A stretch of 58,488 nucleotides of DNA, counting the filler, from Candidatus Hydrogenedentota bacterium (GTDB lineage: Bacteria > JBFMHD01), in assembly GCA_040752395.1 (NCBI GenBank). It is 4 parts of 4 records of this genome, joined end to end, with 100 filler letters (N's around TTAATTAATTAA, not from the genome) between each part and the next. Parts side by side here need not be neighbours in the genome. Positions count along the whole stretch, not along the records: positions 10,736 to 37,606 come from JBFMHD010000009.1; positions 37,707 to 48,049 come from JBFMHD010000091.1; 2 more parts are not named here. One strand, written 5' to 3'. Positions 30,323 through 40,132 of the stretch are shown here, piece by piece. How positions within the stretch are numbered: position 1 is the first letter of the stretch; the number at the start of each line of letters is the position of its first letter. The notes below the pieces were generated by a model that did not search any database, was not told the DNA's origin, and saw nothing but the letters and a program-made list of their open reading frames with translations. Made by a program: the position numbers and the translations under genes.

Positions 30323-31327
30323 ATGATTAAAGTTGGAGTTATAGGATATGGGTATTGGGGTCCTAATATAGCAAGGAATTTTAATATCATTGAGTCTGCG
30401 AAACTTATTGCGATATGTGATAGTGATAAAAAAGCAAGAGAAAGAGCAAGAAAAATGTATCCTTATGTTAATATTGTTGCTAATAGTGATGATATTATCA
30501 AATCTAAAGATATAGATGTTATTGCGATAGTTACTCCTGTTAGTAGTCACTTTAATCTTGCCAAGAAAGCATTACAGAATGGTAAGCATATATTTATAGA
30601 AAAACCATTCATATCTAACTCTGTTCAGGGAGAAGAACTTATCCAGATTGCAGAAAAGAAAAAATTAACAATTATGGTTGACCATACATATATCTTTACC
30701 GGTTCAATCAAAAAAATTAAAGAACTTATTGATAATAAAATAGTTGGTAATTTATTTTATTATGACTCAACAAGGGTAAATTTAGGACTTTTTCAACACG
30801 ATGTGAATGTCATCTGGGATCTTGCGGTCCATGATGTAGCTATTATGGACTTTTTAATTAATAAAAAGCCGGTTGCTGTATCAGCTACTGGTTCAAAACA
30901 CTTTTGTCGCGACCTTGAGGACGTCGCTTTTTTAACATTGTACTTCAATGATAATTTTATAGCTCATTTTAATGTTAACTGGCTTTCTCCTGTAAAGATA
31001 AGGTTAACATTAATTGGCGGTGATAAAAAAATGGTATTATGGAATGATCTTGAATCAGATGAGAAAATTAAAATATATGATAAAGGAGTCGATATTAAAA
31101 CTGTTGAAGGAAAATATAAATTACTTGTAGATTACAGGTCAGGCGATATGTATGCACCTAAACTTGAGCGCAAGGAGGCATTAAAAACAGAAATAGAATA
31201 TTTTATTGAATGTATAGAAAAAAACAAAAGAGTAATAAATGATGGTTATGCTGGTTTAAGAGTTATAAAGATTTTAGAAGCATCTAATAAATCTCTTAAA
31301 AAATTTGGGAGATATATAAAACTATAA
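30323..31327 (+). CDS. Gfo/Idh/MocA oxidoreductase
   Basis: GYGYWG, EKP, WDLAVHD. Confidence 0.92.
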   Translation: MIKVGVIGYGYWGPNIARNFNIIESAKLIAICDSDKKARERARKMYPYVNIVANSDDIIKSKDIDVIAIVTPVSSHFNLAKKALQNGKHIFIEKPFISNSVQGEELIQIAEKKKLTIMVDHTYIFTGSIKKIKELIDNKIVGNLFYYDSTRVNLGLFQHDVNVIWDLAVHDVAIMDFLINKKPVAVSATGSKHFCRDLEDVAFLTLYFNDNFIAHFNVNWLSPVKIRLTLIGGDKKMVLWNDLESDEKIKIYDKGVDIKTVEGKYKLLVDYRSGDMYAPKLERKEALKTEIEYFIECIEKNKRVINDGYAGLRVIKILEASNKSLKKFGRYIKL

Positions 31328-31369
31328 TAATACTGAGATATTCTCCAACAGGGATATGCAGGGTATATT

Positions 31370-32143
31370 ATGTTGGAAAAAAGATTAAATAAACCAACTT
31401 TTATTATTGCTGGCGCACCAAGATGTGGCACCGGATATTTATATCATATATTAGATTCCAATAAAGAGATATATATGTCTAAACCGGAGAAACCCGAACC
31501 TAAATTTTTTTTAGTTGATGAAGAGTATAATAAAGGATTTGAATATTATCTTAAAAAATATTTTAGTAATGTAAAGAGCGAGACGGCGATAGGTGAGAAA
31601 TCAACTAATTATATGGAAAGTACGGTGGTCCCCGAGCGGATTAAAAAGCATTTACCCGATGTGAAACTTATTTTTATATTTAGAAATCCTATAAAGAGAG
31701 CATTCTCTAATTATTTATGGTCAAAAAAAAATGGGTTAGAAAAATTAGATTTTTATGAAGCCTTGTTAAAAGAAGAAGAAAGAGAAAAAACATTAGATCA
31801 AAAGTACAGATATGCACGGCCATATTCTTATATCTCTCGCGGGTTTTACGCAAGATATATAAAAAATTATTTAAAGTATTTTGATAAAAAAAACATTTTA
31901 TTTTTACTTTTCGAAGAATTTATAACTGAACGAGATGTTATCTGTAAGAGGATTTATAAATTTTTAAATGTGTCTTATAGGATACCGGATTTAGAGCAAA
32001 ATATAAAGATTAATCAAGCTAATGATGGAACCCAGGAAATGTCTGAGCACGAATATAATTATTTAAAAGAAATTTATAAAAACGAAAATAAAGAATTAGC
32101 ATTAATAGCAGGGCTTGATTTAACTATATGGGATACGATATGA
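31370..32143 (+). CDS. Sulfotransferase domain protein
   Basis: GAPRCGT (5'-PSB), GEKSTNY, RNPIKRAFS (3'-PB). Confidence 0.88.
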   Translation: MLEKRLNKPTFIIAGAPRCGTGYLYHILDSNKEIYMSKPEKPEPKFFLVDEEYNKGFEYYLKKYFSNVKSETAIGEKSTNYMESTVVPERIKKHLPDVKLIFIFRNPIKRAFSNYLWSKKNGLEKLDFYEALLKEEEREKTLDQKYRYARPYSYISRGFYARYIKNYLKYFDKKNILFLLFEEFITERDVICKRIYKFLNVSYRIPDLEQNIKINQANDGTQEMSEHEYNYLKEIYKNENKELALIAGLDLTIWDTI

Positions 32144-33081
32144 ACACTAATAAAACAAGACCTCTGATATCAATTGTAACGCCTGTGTTTAATGAAGAAG
32201 ATAGTTTGTTAATATATAAAGATGAGGTATCAAGAATATTTTTATCCAGAGATGATTTAGAATTCGAGTTTATATTAATTGATGATGGCAGCACAGACCG
32301 TAGCTGGTCAATTATAAAATCTATTTGTAATGAGAATAAATTTTTTAAAGGGATTCGGCTTTCAAGAAATTTCGGATCACATACAGCTTTATCTGCTGGT
32401 CTCCAAAAATGTAGAGGGGATGCTGTTGCGATTTTAGCCTGCGATTTACAGGACCCCCCTGAAGTGGTATTACAATTTGTTGAATTATGGAACAAGGGTT
32501 TTCATGTTATCTGGGGGAAAAGAAATAAAAGAAAAGATTCATTATGGAAGATAGTTACAAGCGATCTTTTTAAATATTTATTAAGAAAATTCGCTATACC
32601 TGCAAACTCGAAATTTACAACAGGAAGTTTTTTATTAATGGATAGAAAAGTGGTTGATTGGTATAATACTTTTAAAGAGCATAATAGAATTACATTTGCA
32701 ATAGTAGCCTGGATGGGATTCACTCAAGAGGTTGTTGAATACGATAGAAGGGAAAGAAAAATAGGCAAATCAGGATGGACATTATTAAAAATGATAAAAA
32801 CTTTCTATGATGGTATTATAGGGTTTTCGTATATGCCTATTAGATTACTGAGTACAATGGGTATCCTCGTCTCACTTTTTAACGTATTTTTTGCTTTGTA
32901 TGTTATGATTAATTGGCTTGTAAGAGATGTTAAATCCGGCTGGACGAGTATGGTTTTACTTATCTCTTTTTTGGGGGGACTGCAACTTTTAATATTAGGT
33001 TTTATTACTGAATTTCTTTATCGAATATATATTGAAACCACTAATCGACCACTTTATTGTATATTAGAAGAGACAAAATAA
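32128..33081 (+). CDS. GT2 glycosyltransferase, GtrB/DPM1-like polyprenol-phosphate type
   Basis: PVFNEE, DDGSTD, SRNFG, DLQDPP; two C-terminal TM segments. Confidence 0.9.
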   Translation: MGYDMNTNKTRPLISIVTPVFNEEDSLLIYKDEVSRIFLSRDDLEFEFILIDDGSTDRSWSIIKSICNENKFFKGIRLSRNFGSHTALSAGLQKCRGDAVAILACDLQDPPEVVLQFVELWNKGFHVIWGKRNKRKDSLWKIVTSDLFKYLLRKFAIPANSKFTTGSFLLMDRKVVDWYNTFKEHNRITFAIVAWMGFTQEVVEYDRRERKIGKSGWTLLKMIKTFYDGIIGFSYMPIRLLSTMGILVSLFNVFFALYVMINWLVRDVKSGWTSMVLLISFLGGLQLLILGFITEFLYRIYIETTNRPLYCILEETK

Positions 33082-33090
33082 AATTTAATA

Positions 33091-34269
33091 TTGATGAACA
33101 CTAATTTAGCCAAAGTAAAATTTTTAGAAATTAATATAAGAGACCCAGATATTTTGTGGCTGGGAAATAAGTATTTTTTTTTGACTGATGATATTATTGA
33201 TTTACTTTATAATAATAAAGGTGATATCTTTGCAATAATAGAATATAAAAATAAAAAGATACCTTTAAGAAAATCCCCTTTAAAAATTATTGAACACTTT
33301 AGTAAAACAAGGAAAAATTTTTTATATAATGAGAAAATGCCGTTTTCAGCTATGCTCCCTTTTTCTTATCAAAAAGTTGATTATAGGATACGATGGTTTA
33401 TCGCCTCTTTATTAGCCAGGATGAATTATTTGAAATTTAAAATTAGACCAGTGTTTCCTGATTGGCCTTTGGATTTAAGTGCTGATTGTATCGAAGATTT
33501 AGATAGATTTTTAAACCACTCTGATAGAGTTAAAAATAAGGGTGTTAAAACCCCTGTTATTTTAACACATGATATTGATAATCCTGAAAGCTTAAAGAAG
33601 CTGAATGATTTTTTAAATATAGAAGAAAAATTCGATATTCCTTCAACTATTTTTATAGTACCCAAAGGATGGAAATTAGAAGATATTATTCTGGATGAAG
33701 CATTAGCAAAGGGGAATGAGTTAGGTGTTCACGGTTATAATCATGACAATAAAACACCCTTTCTTAAAGACGACCTTATTCGTAAAAGAATGGAAGAGAT
33801 ACTTCCATTTATTAAAAGATATAATATTAAGGGATATCGCTCCCCTTCTTTACTTAGAACAGAAAATCTCTTTAGAATATTAAAAGAATATTTTATTTAT
33901 GATTCGAGCATACCTAATTCAGGTACTATGCTTTCTTTACAAAGTAACGGATGTGCCTCCGCGCGCTCATTTATTATTAACGAAGGATTTAAAGAGGTCC
34001 CTATTACACTTCCATCAGATGCTTCTTTATTATTTTTAGGTTATTCTCCGTCTGAAATTCTGAAAATGTGGATTGAGTTAAGTGAGTTAATTTCAGAATC
34101 TGGGGGTATTGTTGTTCTTCTTACACATTGCGAAAAAAGATATTCAGGGAATTCTGCAATGTTGAATATTTATGAAAAATATTTAACTTATTTGAAAAAT
34201 TTTGAAAAATATAGATTTTTTACAATTTATGATTATATTGATAAATATCTAAATAATCAAATTTTTTAG
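33091..34269 (+). CDS. Polysaccharide deacetylase family protein
   Basis: LTHDID, GVHGYNH, GYRSP, YDSS. Confidence 0.8.
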   Translation: MMNTNLAKVKFLEINIRDPDILWLGNKYFFLTDDIIDLLYNNKGDIFAIIEYKNKKIPLRKSPLKIIEHFSKTRKNFLYNEKMPFSAMLPFSYQKVDYRIRWFIASLLARMNYLKFKIRPVFPDWPLDLSADCIEDLDRFLNHSDRVKNKGVKTPVILTHDIDNPESLKKLNDFLNIEEKFDIPSTIFIVPKGWKLEDIILDEALAKGNELGVHGYNHDNKTPFLKDDLIRKRMEEILPFIKRYNIKGYRSPSLLRTENLFRILKEYFIYDSSIPNSGTMLSLQSNGCASARSFIINEGFKEVPITLPSDASLLFLGYSPSEILKMWIELSELISESGGIVVLLTHCEKRYSGNSAMLNIYEKYLTYLKNFEKYRFFTIYDYIDKYLNNQIF

Positions 34270-34275
34270 CTTGAT

Positions 34276-35814
34276 ATGGTTTTGAATAAGGTTTTATTAA
34301 TAAATCCGTTTATTAATCCTAAAACGCAAAAAAAATTTGTAACTGATGTTATAAATATCTCATTTCCTTTAAGTTTAGGTCATTTAATAGGATATTTATT
34401 AAGAAATGGGCCTTTTCCTGTTGGCATTATAGATGAACAAATAGAACCGATTAATAATGTTGAGGGAGTATTATCCTCTATGGAATCTCCAAAAATTATT
34501 GGTATCTCGACATTAACAAGTACTTCCAGAAGAGCTTTCCAATTAGCAGAAGAAATAAAAAAGATAGATGAGAAGGTTTTAATAATATTAGGTGGAGTTC
34601 ATCCAACTGTTACTGCTGAGGATTGTTTAAAAAATAAGTATATAGATATAGTAGTAAAAGGTGAGGGTGAGGAAACACTTGATGAGTTGATAAATAGAGT
34701 TTTTAATGAAAAAGATTACAGAGATATCGCGGGTATTTCATATAAGGCTGATGGAAAAATTATACACAATAAAGATAGAAAATTAGTTACTGATCTTGAT
34801 ATTTTCCCTTCTTTTCCATATTTTATTTTTGAAAAAAACAAGGACAGGTATCCCGGTTTCGCATCGATCCAGAGTTCACGTGGTTGTCCATACGGATGTA
34901 TTTTTTGCTCACAAAGAAGTGTATCAGGAAGAACATATAGATATCAAAGCATCCCAAGAACAATATCAGACATAAAAAGTTTAATAGATAAGTATCACCC
35001 CAAAACAATTCGTATTATGGATGATAACATTGGAGCTAATAAAAGCAGGCTTATAGATTTACTTGATGCTATAATTAGTAATAAGCTGCATAAAGGGATT
35101 TCTTTTACAGCAGCTCTACGTGGCGATAACATCGATGAAGATATTGCCTGTAAACTCAAGATGGCTAATTTTAATTTTTTATCTTTTGGTCTTGAGACAG
35201 CAAGCAATTCGTTAATGAAAATAATTAATAAAGGAGAGACCGTGGAGGACGTTATTAGAGCCATTCATTTAACTAAATCTAAAGGGATCACTACGGCGAC
35301 CACTGTTATTTTCGGGTTACCCACCGAGAAAAGTAAAGATAGATGGGATGCGATTAAATTAGTTAATTCACTTAAGCTTGATAGCGTAAGATTCAATATT
35401 TTAACGCCTTATCCAGGTACCCCTGTATATGAGAGATTAAAAAAAGAAAATAAAATTCATATAAAGAAAGACTGGGAAAACTTTTCAGTGCAGTACATCT
35501 GGGAAGGGGAAGAGTTACCTTATGTACCAGCTGGAACAGACAAATACGAATTAATATTTATGATTATGTTCGCGAATTTATCATTTTATCTCAGTCCACA
35601 TGGTTTATGGAAGATTTTAACTACTCCACTTGCAGGCGGTAATGTAGTTGCTCTTCCTAAAAAATGGTATCTTTCAAATTATTTTTTTAAAATATTAAGA
35701 GTCGGGATATATCTTGTAACAAGATTTTTGCTTATTTTCTTTAAGATGATTGCAGTGAAAATGAGTATAATTAAGTCTGATGCAAGAATTTCTAAAACTT
35801 TAGACGAATGGTGA
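34276..35814 (+). CDS. B12-binding radical SAM protein
   Basis: GGVHPT, GEGE, RGCPYGCIFC, PYPGT. Confidence 0.92.
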   Translation: MVLNKVLLINPFINPKTQKKFVTDVINISFPLSLGHLIGYLLRNGPFPVGIIDEQIEPINNVEGVLSSMESPKIIGISTLTSTSRRAFQLAEEIKKIDEKVLIILGGVHPTVTAEDCLKNKYIDIVVKGEGEETLDELINRVFNEKDYRDIAGISYKADGKIIHNKDRKLVTDLDIFPSFPYFIFEKNKDRYPGFASIQSSRGCPYGCIFCSQRSVSGRTYRYQSIPRTISDIKSLIDKYHPKTIRIMDDNIGANKSRLIDLLDAIISNKLHKGISFTAALRGDNIDEDIACKLKMANFNFLSFGLETASNSLMKIINKGETVEDVIRAIHLTKSKGITTATTVIFGLPTEKSKDRWDAIKLVNSLKLDSVRFNILTPYPGTPVYERLKKENKIHIKKDWENFSVQYIWEGEELPYVPAGTDKYELIFMIMFANLSFYLSPHGLWKILTTPLAGGNVVALPKKWYLSNYFFKILRVGIYLVTRFLLIFFKMIAVKMSIIKSDARISKTLDEW

Positions 35815-36560
35815 ATTATATAAAATCTAACGATACACAATTTAAGCTACACTATGAATTAGGGAAAATTCACTGGTGGTTGAGAACCACCAATGAATTA
35901 TTTTTTAAAACAATACGACATTATTTACCATGGGGGAACTCTATACTTGATGCAGGCTGCGGTGTTGGTAATTTATTATTTAAAATTGATAATGAATATG
36001 TTACCTTTGGTGTTGACTTATCAGAGAGCGCACTTAAGTTCTGTAAAAATAATGTTTTAAAATCTAAGCTTATATGCGGTAATACTGAAAGACTCCCGTT
36101 TTGCAAAGATATATTCAATGCTGTTTTATCATTGGATGTATTATATCATCTCAACGTTAAGGACGATGAAAATGCTCTAAAAGAGATCTATAGAGTGCTT
36201 TTACCCGGAGGATATTTATTTCTTCATTTACCCGCTTATAATTTTATGTATTCATCTCATGATAAAATAGCACATTCGGTAAGACGATATACTATCAATC
36301 AAGTAAAAGAGTTATTAACCAGATCAGATTTTGAAATCATTAGATTAACTTACAGGGTTTGTTTTTTATTTCCTTTTGCATTTTTTAAAAGAAAAATCTT
36401 AAGGTCTGATGAAACATCTGATTTAAAATCAGTTCCTCGCTGGTTAAATTTTTTACTTGAGAAAATAATGTATTTTGAGAATATACTGGTTTTGAGGTAT
36501 AATTTACCTTTTGGCTTATCTGTTTTTTCTGTAGCGAGAAAAAAAGGACAAAGGTTATGA
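35808..36560 (+). CDS. Class I SAM-dependent methyltransferase
   Basis: HWW, LDAGCGVG, DVLYH, HD…RRY, PFGLS. Confidence 0.88.
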   Translation: MVNYIKSNDTQFKLHYELGKIHWWLRTTNELFFKTIRHYLPWGNSILDAGCGVGNLLFKIDNEYVTFGVDLSESALKFCKNNVLKSKLICGNTERLPFCKDIFNAVLSLDVLYHLNVKDDENALKEIYRVLLPGGYLFLHLPAYNFMYSSHDKIAHSVRRYTINQVKELLTRSDFEIIRLTYRVCFLFPFAFFKRKILRSDETSDLKSVPRWLNFLLEKIMYFENILVLRYNLPFGLSVFSVARKKGQRL

Positions 36561-37606
36561 AAAGCAAGAACGTATATATTGATTGTTTATTAATATTAAT
36601 CTTGGTACTCTTATGCATAATGTATAATTACAATTTTATATTTTATGGAAACACTGTTGCTGAAATCCATCTTTTTCATTTAATTTCTTATAGGGTTAAT
36701 GATGTTTTATTTCCATTTAAAAATTCTTTAGCGATTAATCCTGAATTAAAAAATACCGCTCTATGCCCTGCTAATGTTATTTTCTTACCCCCGGGGATGC
36801 ATATTATTACGAAATTAGTCAGTTCTTATATAAGCAGAAGTCACACAACTATGAATATTATTTTACTTATAATACGTATAATTGAAACTATATTAATTTT
36901 TTTAATATTAAAAAAGATAACTAAAAGAGTAGCTGCATTTTCTTTTACCTTATTTATGATTTCTTTATATTCAATATATTTTCTTAATGATAGTTTTGTT
37001 CAGCCTCTTTTAATCCTAACTTGTTTTTTATTGGTATTAGACATTAATTCAGTGAGTCTAATGAGGTATTTTTTCTGCGGATTGGTTACAGGGTTAACGT
37101 GGATATTCAGGCAGAATGTTGGTTTATTTTTGACTTCTTCTATTATTGCTTTTATATTTTTATCTCATTTAGAAAATACTGAGAACCCTTCTAAAAAAGA
37201 TAGAATAACTCTAATAGCTTTTCTTTTTGCAGTTATGGTATGTGGTGTTATAGCGTTGAAAACTATGAGGTATGTTGATGATGAAATCTGGTATTTCTTG
37301 CCATTTTTTATATTATTTATTTCTCTTTATATTTTTTCGGTAAAAAACAAGAATTTATATATTAATTTAAAATCTGCAATAAAAGATTTATCAATATTTA
37401 TAATACCCAATATTTCAATAATTTTATTGTGGATTCTTTATTTTGGAGCGGTTATAGGTTTTGATGAATATCTTTATAATATATTTTTAGTACCATTTAA
37501 ACACAGGACACTTTATGAATATTCTTTTTTATTTCACATTAAACGCGGGGTCGAACATTTAGTTGGTTTTATATCAAATCTAAATTTAGCGGAGATCTAT
37601 GGTTTT
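36557..37606 (+). CDS. Polytopic membrane protein (possible GT-C transferase), 3'-truncated at the contig end
   Basis: Multiple TM segments; FLPPG and RQNVG loops. Confidence 0.5.
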
Positions 37607-37706
37607 NNNNNNNNNNNNNNNNNNNNNNNNNNNNNNNNNNNNNNNNNNNNTTAATTAATTAANNNNNNNNNNNNNNNNNNNNNNNNNNNNNNNNNNNNNN
37701 NNNNNN
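37607..37706. other. Artificial contig-joining linker
   Basis: N44-TTAATTAATTAA-N44. Confidence 0.97.
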
Positions 37707-37745
37707 AAATCAGTAATTATACTCATAATCATCTGAACGGAATAC

Positions 37746-37889
37746 CTAAATCCTTTCAACGGCTTCTTTTAAGTTTTCACGGGCCTGTTTCAGCGTTTTA
37801 CCCTGAGTATTAGCGCCCGGTAATTCCTCAACATAGCCTATCCACCATTTCCCATCCTTTTCGAATACTGCAGTAAATTCGTTTGTCAT
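37746..37889 (-). pseudogene. Truncated HicB-family antitoxin (47 aa)
   Basis: MTNEFTAVFEKDGKWWIGYVEELPGANTQGKTLKQARENLKEAVERI*; not in the ORF track. Confidence 0.75.
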
Positions 37890-38113
37890 AAAAGCATACC
37901 TCTCAGTAAAATTTGATCATTTATTATGATACCGGCGCCGAAAATATGGGCAGTATATTTCACACACTCACCTCCTCAAACGTGAATGGTTCTGGTTTCC
38001 AGTTTGTTAAACAGACAAACAAAATAGTTCATAAATTATCTTACTTTAATAATTTCTATCCCTAAATGTTCAAAAAAATGAAATCGGATCAAAATACTCA
38101 TAAACTCATAAAA

Positions 38114-38341
38114 TCATTTTTTTAATAATTCGATAAATTCATCTATTGACAATCCTGTCTGACGTATAATGGCGCGCGATGTTCCGCGATCAAGTTCATT
38201 ATGTTCAGGAACAACCACCTGGCTGAACGGTTCATTCCGGCGCAATGTAATGTGACTACCTTCCTGACGTTTGAAACAAAACCCGGCTTTAGCTAATGCT
38301 TTGATGCATTCCTTACCGGAAACCACCGGCAGTTTACTCAT
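38114..38341 (-). CDS. hicA: HicA-family toxin
   Basis: LAKAGF…RQEGSHITL…VVPEHNEL..GT…IIRQTGL. Confidence 0.9.
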   Translation of the reverse strand: MSKLPVVSGKECIKALAKAGFCFKRQEGSHITLRRNEPFSQVVVPEHNELDRGTSRAIIRQTGLSIDEFIELLKK

Positions 38342-38544
38342 ACCGCAACCACCATAATGTCAAAACGTTCTTCAGGCACCGGGAGATTGTCTTGTTCAAG
38401 CGCATGGATATAACAGGATATTGCCTCCTTAATATTTTTAATAGCGTCTTCCCTGTTCTTTCCTTGGCTGACGCAGCCTGGAAGACTCGGGCATTCCGCA
38501 ACCCAGTAGCTGTTCTCTCCCTGATAAATTATAACTTCTCTCAT
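38338..38544 (-). CDS. hicB: HicB-family antitoxin (likely start 38544, not 38652)
   Basis: WVAECPSLPGCVSQGKNREDAIKNIKEAI; AAAGGAGG SD upstream; ATGA overlap with hicA. Confidence 0.88.
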   Translation of the reverse strand: MREVIIYQGENSYWVAECPSLPGCVSQGKNREDAIKNIKEAISCYIHALEQDNLPVPEERFDIMVVAV

Positions 38545-38664
38545 TGAAATAATTCCTCCTTTACACGGTGTCAGGCATTGAATTATTAAAGTTATTAAAA
38601 TCGTGACGGTTCTTATTTTCAGTTTGTTAAACGAATCAATAAAAATACTCATAGCAAATTCCTG

Positions 38665-39072
38665 TTAAACATCAACCTCATACTTCTCTTTTAATATTCG
38701 TTTAATTTCATTGATAAAAATTTCAGCATTTTTTATCTGATGTTCCGCATCATCTTTTGATGCAACATAGAATTTTGTGTAATCCGCATCAATTCTTATA
38801 TAAAAAGCATCACTAAAAATTCGGGAGAACGTTCTATCTATAATCCCTTGTTTTACAAACTCTTTATCAAGCAAAGCCATAATTCCACTATGTCTCCTGC
38901 TCGATAAATCCTTAACTGTTAACAATGCAGTAGCTGCATTAAAGATTGCGTAATATGACATTGATAAACTGTATCTATAACTACCATCCTCAAGAAGATT
39001 TTTTGCAGTTTTAATCCTTTCTTCTGCTTCTTCTAAATGATACTTGATATAATCTATACAATTCTGTTTCAT
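38665..39072 (-). CDS. HEPN domain protein
   Basis: SYYAIF…ALL…HSG…FVKQG…RIDADY; coupled to an MNT. Confidence 0.88.
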   Translation of the reverse strand: MKQNCIDYIKYHLEEAEERIKTAKNLLEDGSYRYSLSMSYYAIFNAATALLTVKDLSSRRHSGIMALLDKEFVKQGIIDRTFSRIFSDAFYIRIDADYTKFYVASKDDAEHQIKNAEIFINEIKRILKEKYEVDV

Positions 39073-39392
39073 AGATTTATACTTTGTTTCAGCACATTCT
39101 TAATAAACGGTGTCTCAAAATACATGTTTTTATCGTATTCATATTTAGAAAAAATGTTTAGTGCCAGGATAATACCGTATTTCAGATTAATATCAACGGC
39201 TATGTCTGCAATTTTCTCTCTGATTTGCGGGTTCTTATCTTTCAGTACTATCATAATATCAATATCTGACTCTTGTGTATCATCGCCCCGGACTTTTGAG
39301 CCATAGAGTTTGATTTCAAGAAGATTATCACCAAGAAGTTCTTTAACCTTTTTAGAAAACTCTTCTATACTTTGTTTCTCAATACTGTTCAT
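39069..39392 (-). CDS. Minimal nucleotidyltransferase (MNT)
   Basis: LYGSKVRGDDTQESDID. Confidence 0.9.
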   Translation of the reverse strand: MNSIEKQSIEEFSKKVKELLGDNLLEIKLYGSKVRGDDTQESDIDIMIVLKDKNPQIREKIADIAVDINLKYGIILALNIFSKYEYDKNMYFETPFIKNVLKQSINL

Positions 39393-39404
39393 AGCAAATT
39401 CCTG

Positions 39405-39812
39405 TTAAACATCAACCTCATACTTCTCTTTTAATATTCGTTTAATTTCATTGATAAAAATTTCAGCATTTTTTATCTGAATATCAGCAATTTCTTTTGA
39501 GGCAATGAAAAAATCTTTATAATCTGCATCAATACGGTTATAAAAAGCATCACGTATGATTTCTAAAAACATGGTATCAATAATACCTTCTTTTACAAAT
39601 TGTTTATCAAATAAAAACAAAACATCTTTATGGGTTCTGGCAGACAAATTTCTTACAACAAATAAAGCCAGCACTGCGTTAAACATTGCATAATAAGTTC
39701 TTGATAAACTATCTTTATAACCTCCCTCTTTAATAAGAATTCTTGAATATTTAAGTTTCTCGTAAGCTTGTTCTAACCGATACTTAATATAATCGATGTT
39801 ATTTTGTTTCAT
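39405..39812 (-). CDS. HEPN domain protein
   Basis: YYAMF…FVKEG…RIDADY; paralog of 38665-39072. Confidence 0.88.
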   Translation of the reverse strand: MKQNNIDYIKYRLEQAYEKLKYSRILIKEGGYKDSLSRTYYAMFNAVLALFVVRNLSARTHKDVLFLFDKQFVKEGIIDTMFLEIIRDAFYNRIDADYKDFFIASKEIADIQIKNAEIFINEIKRILKEKYEVDV

Positions 39813-40132
39813 AATGATATACCTTCCTTCAAAACATTGGTAATAAACGGTCCTTCAAAATATAAATTTTTTTCGTATTCATATTCAGAAAAAATATTGA
39901 GTGCTGTAAAAGTTCCATATTTCGAATCAACATTAACTGCTATTTTTGTAATTTTCATTCTGATGTCTGGATTTTTGTCTTTCAACACCAGCATAATATC
40001 TATATCTGATTCTTCGGTATCGTCACCGCGTGCTTTGGAGCCGTAGAGCTTAATCTGTAACAGCTTATCACCGAGCAGCTCTCTCACTCTTCTTACAAAT
40101 TCTTCTATAGCTTGTTTTTCATCTGGCTTCAT
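39809..40132 (-). CDS. Minimal nucleotidyltransferase (MNT)
   Basis: LYGSKARGDDTEESDID. Confidence 0.9.
   Translation of the reverse strand: MKPDEKQAIEEFVRRVRELLGDKLLQIKLYGSKARGDDTEESDIDIMLVLKDKNPDIRMKITKIAVNVDSKYGTFTALNIFSEYEYEKNLYFEGPFITNVLKEGISL

Noticed and set aside
38545-38652. N-terminal extension of HicB in the ORF track
   Set aside because: It is the junction repeat; the SD supports a start at 38544.
38649-39480. Diversity-generating retroelement TR/VR pair
   Set aside because: The repeat is fully identical with no adenine-specific differences, and no reverse transcriptase is present.
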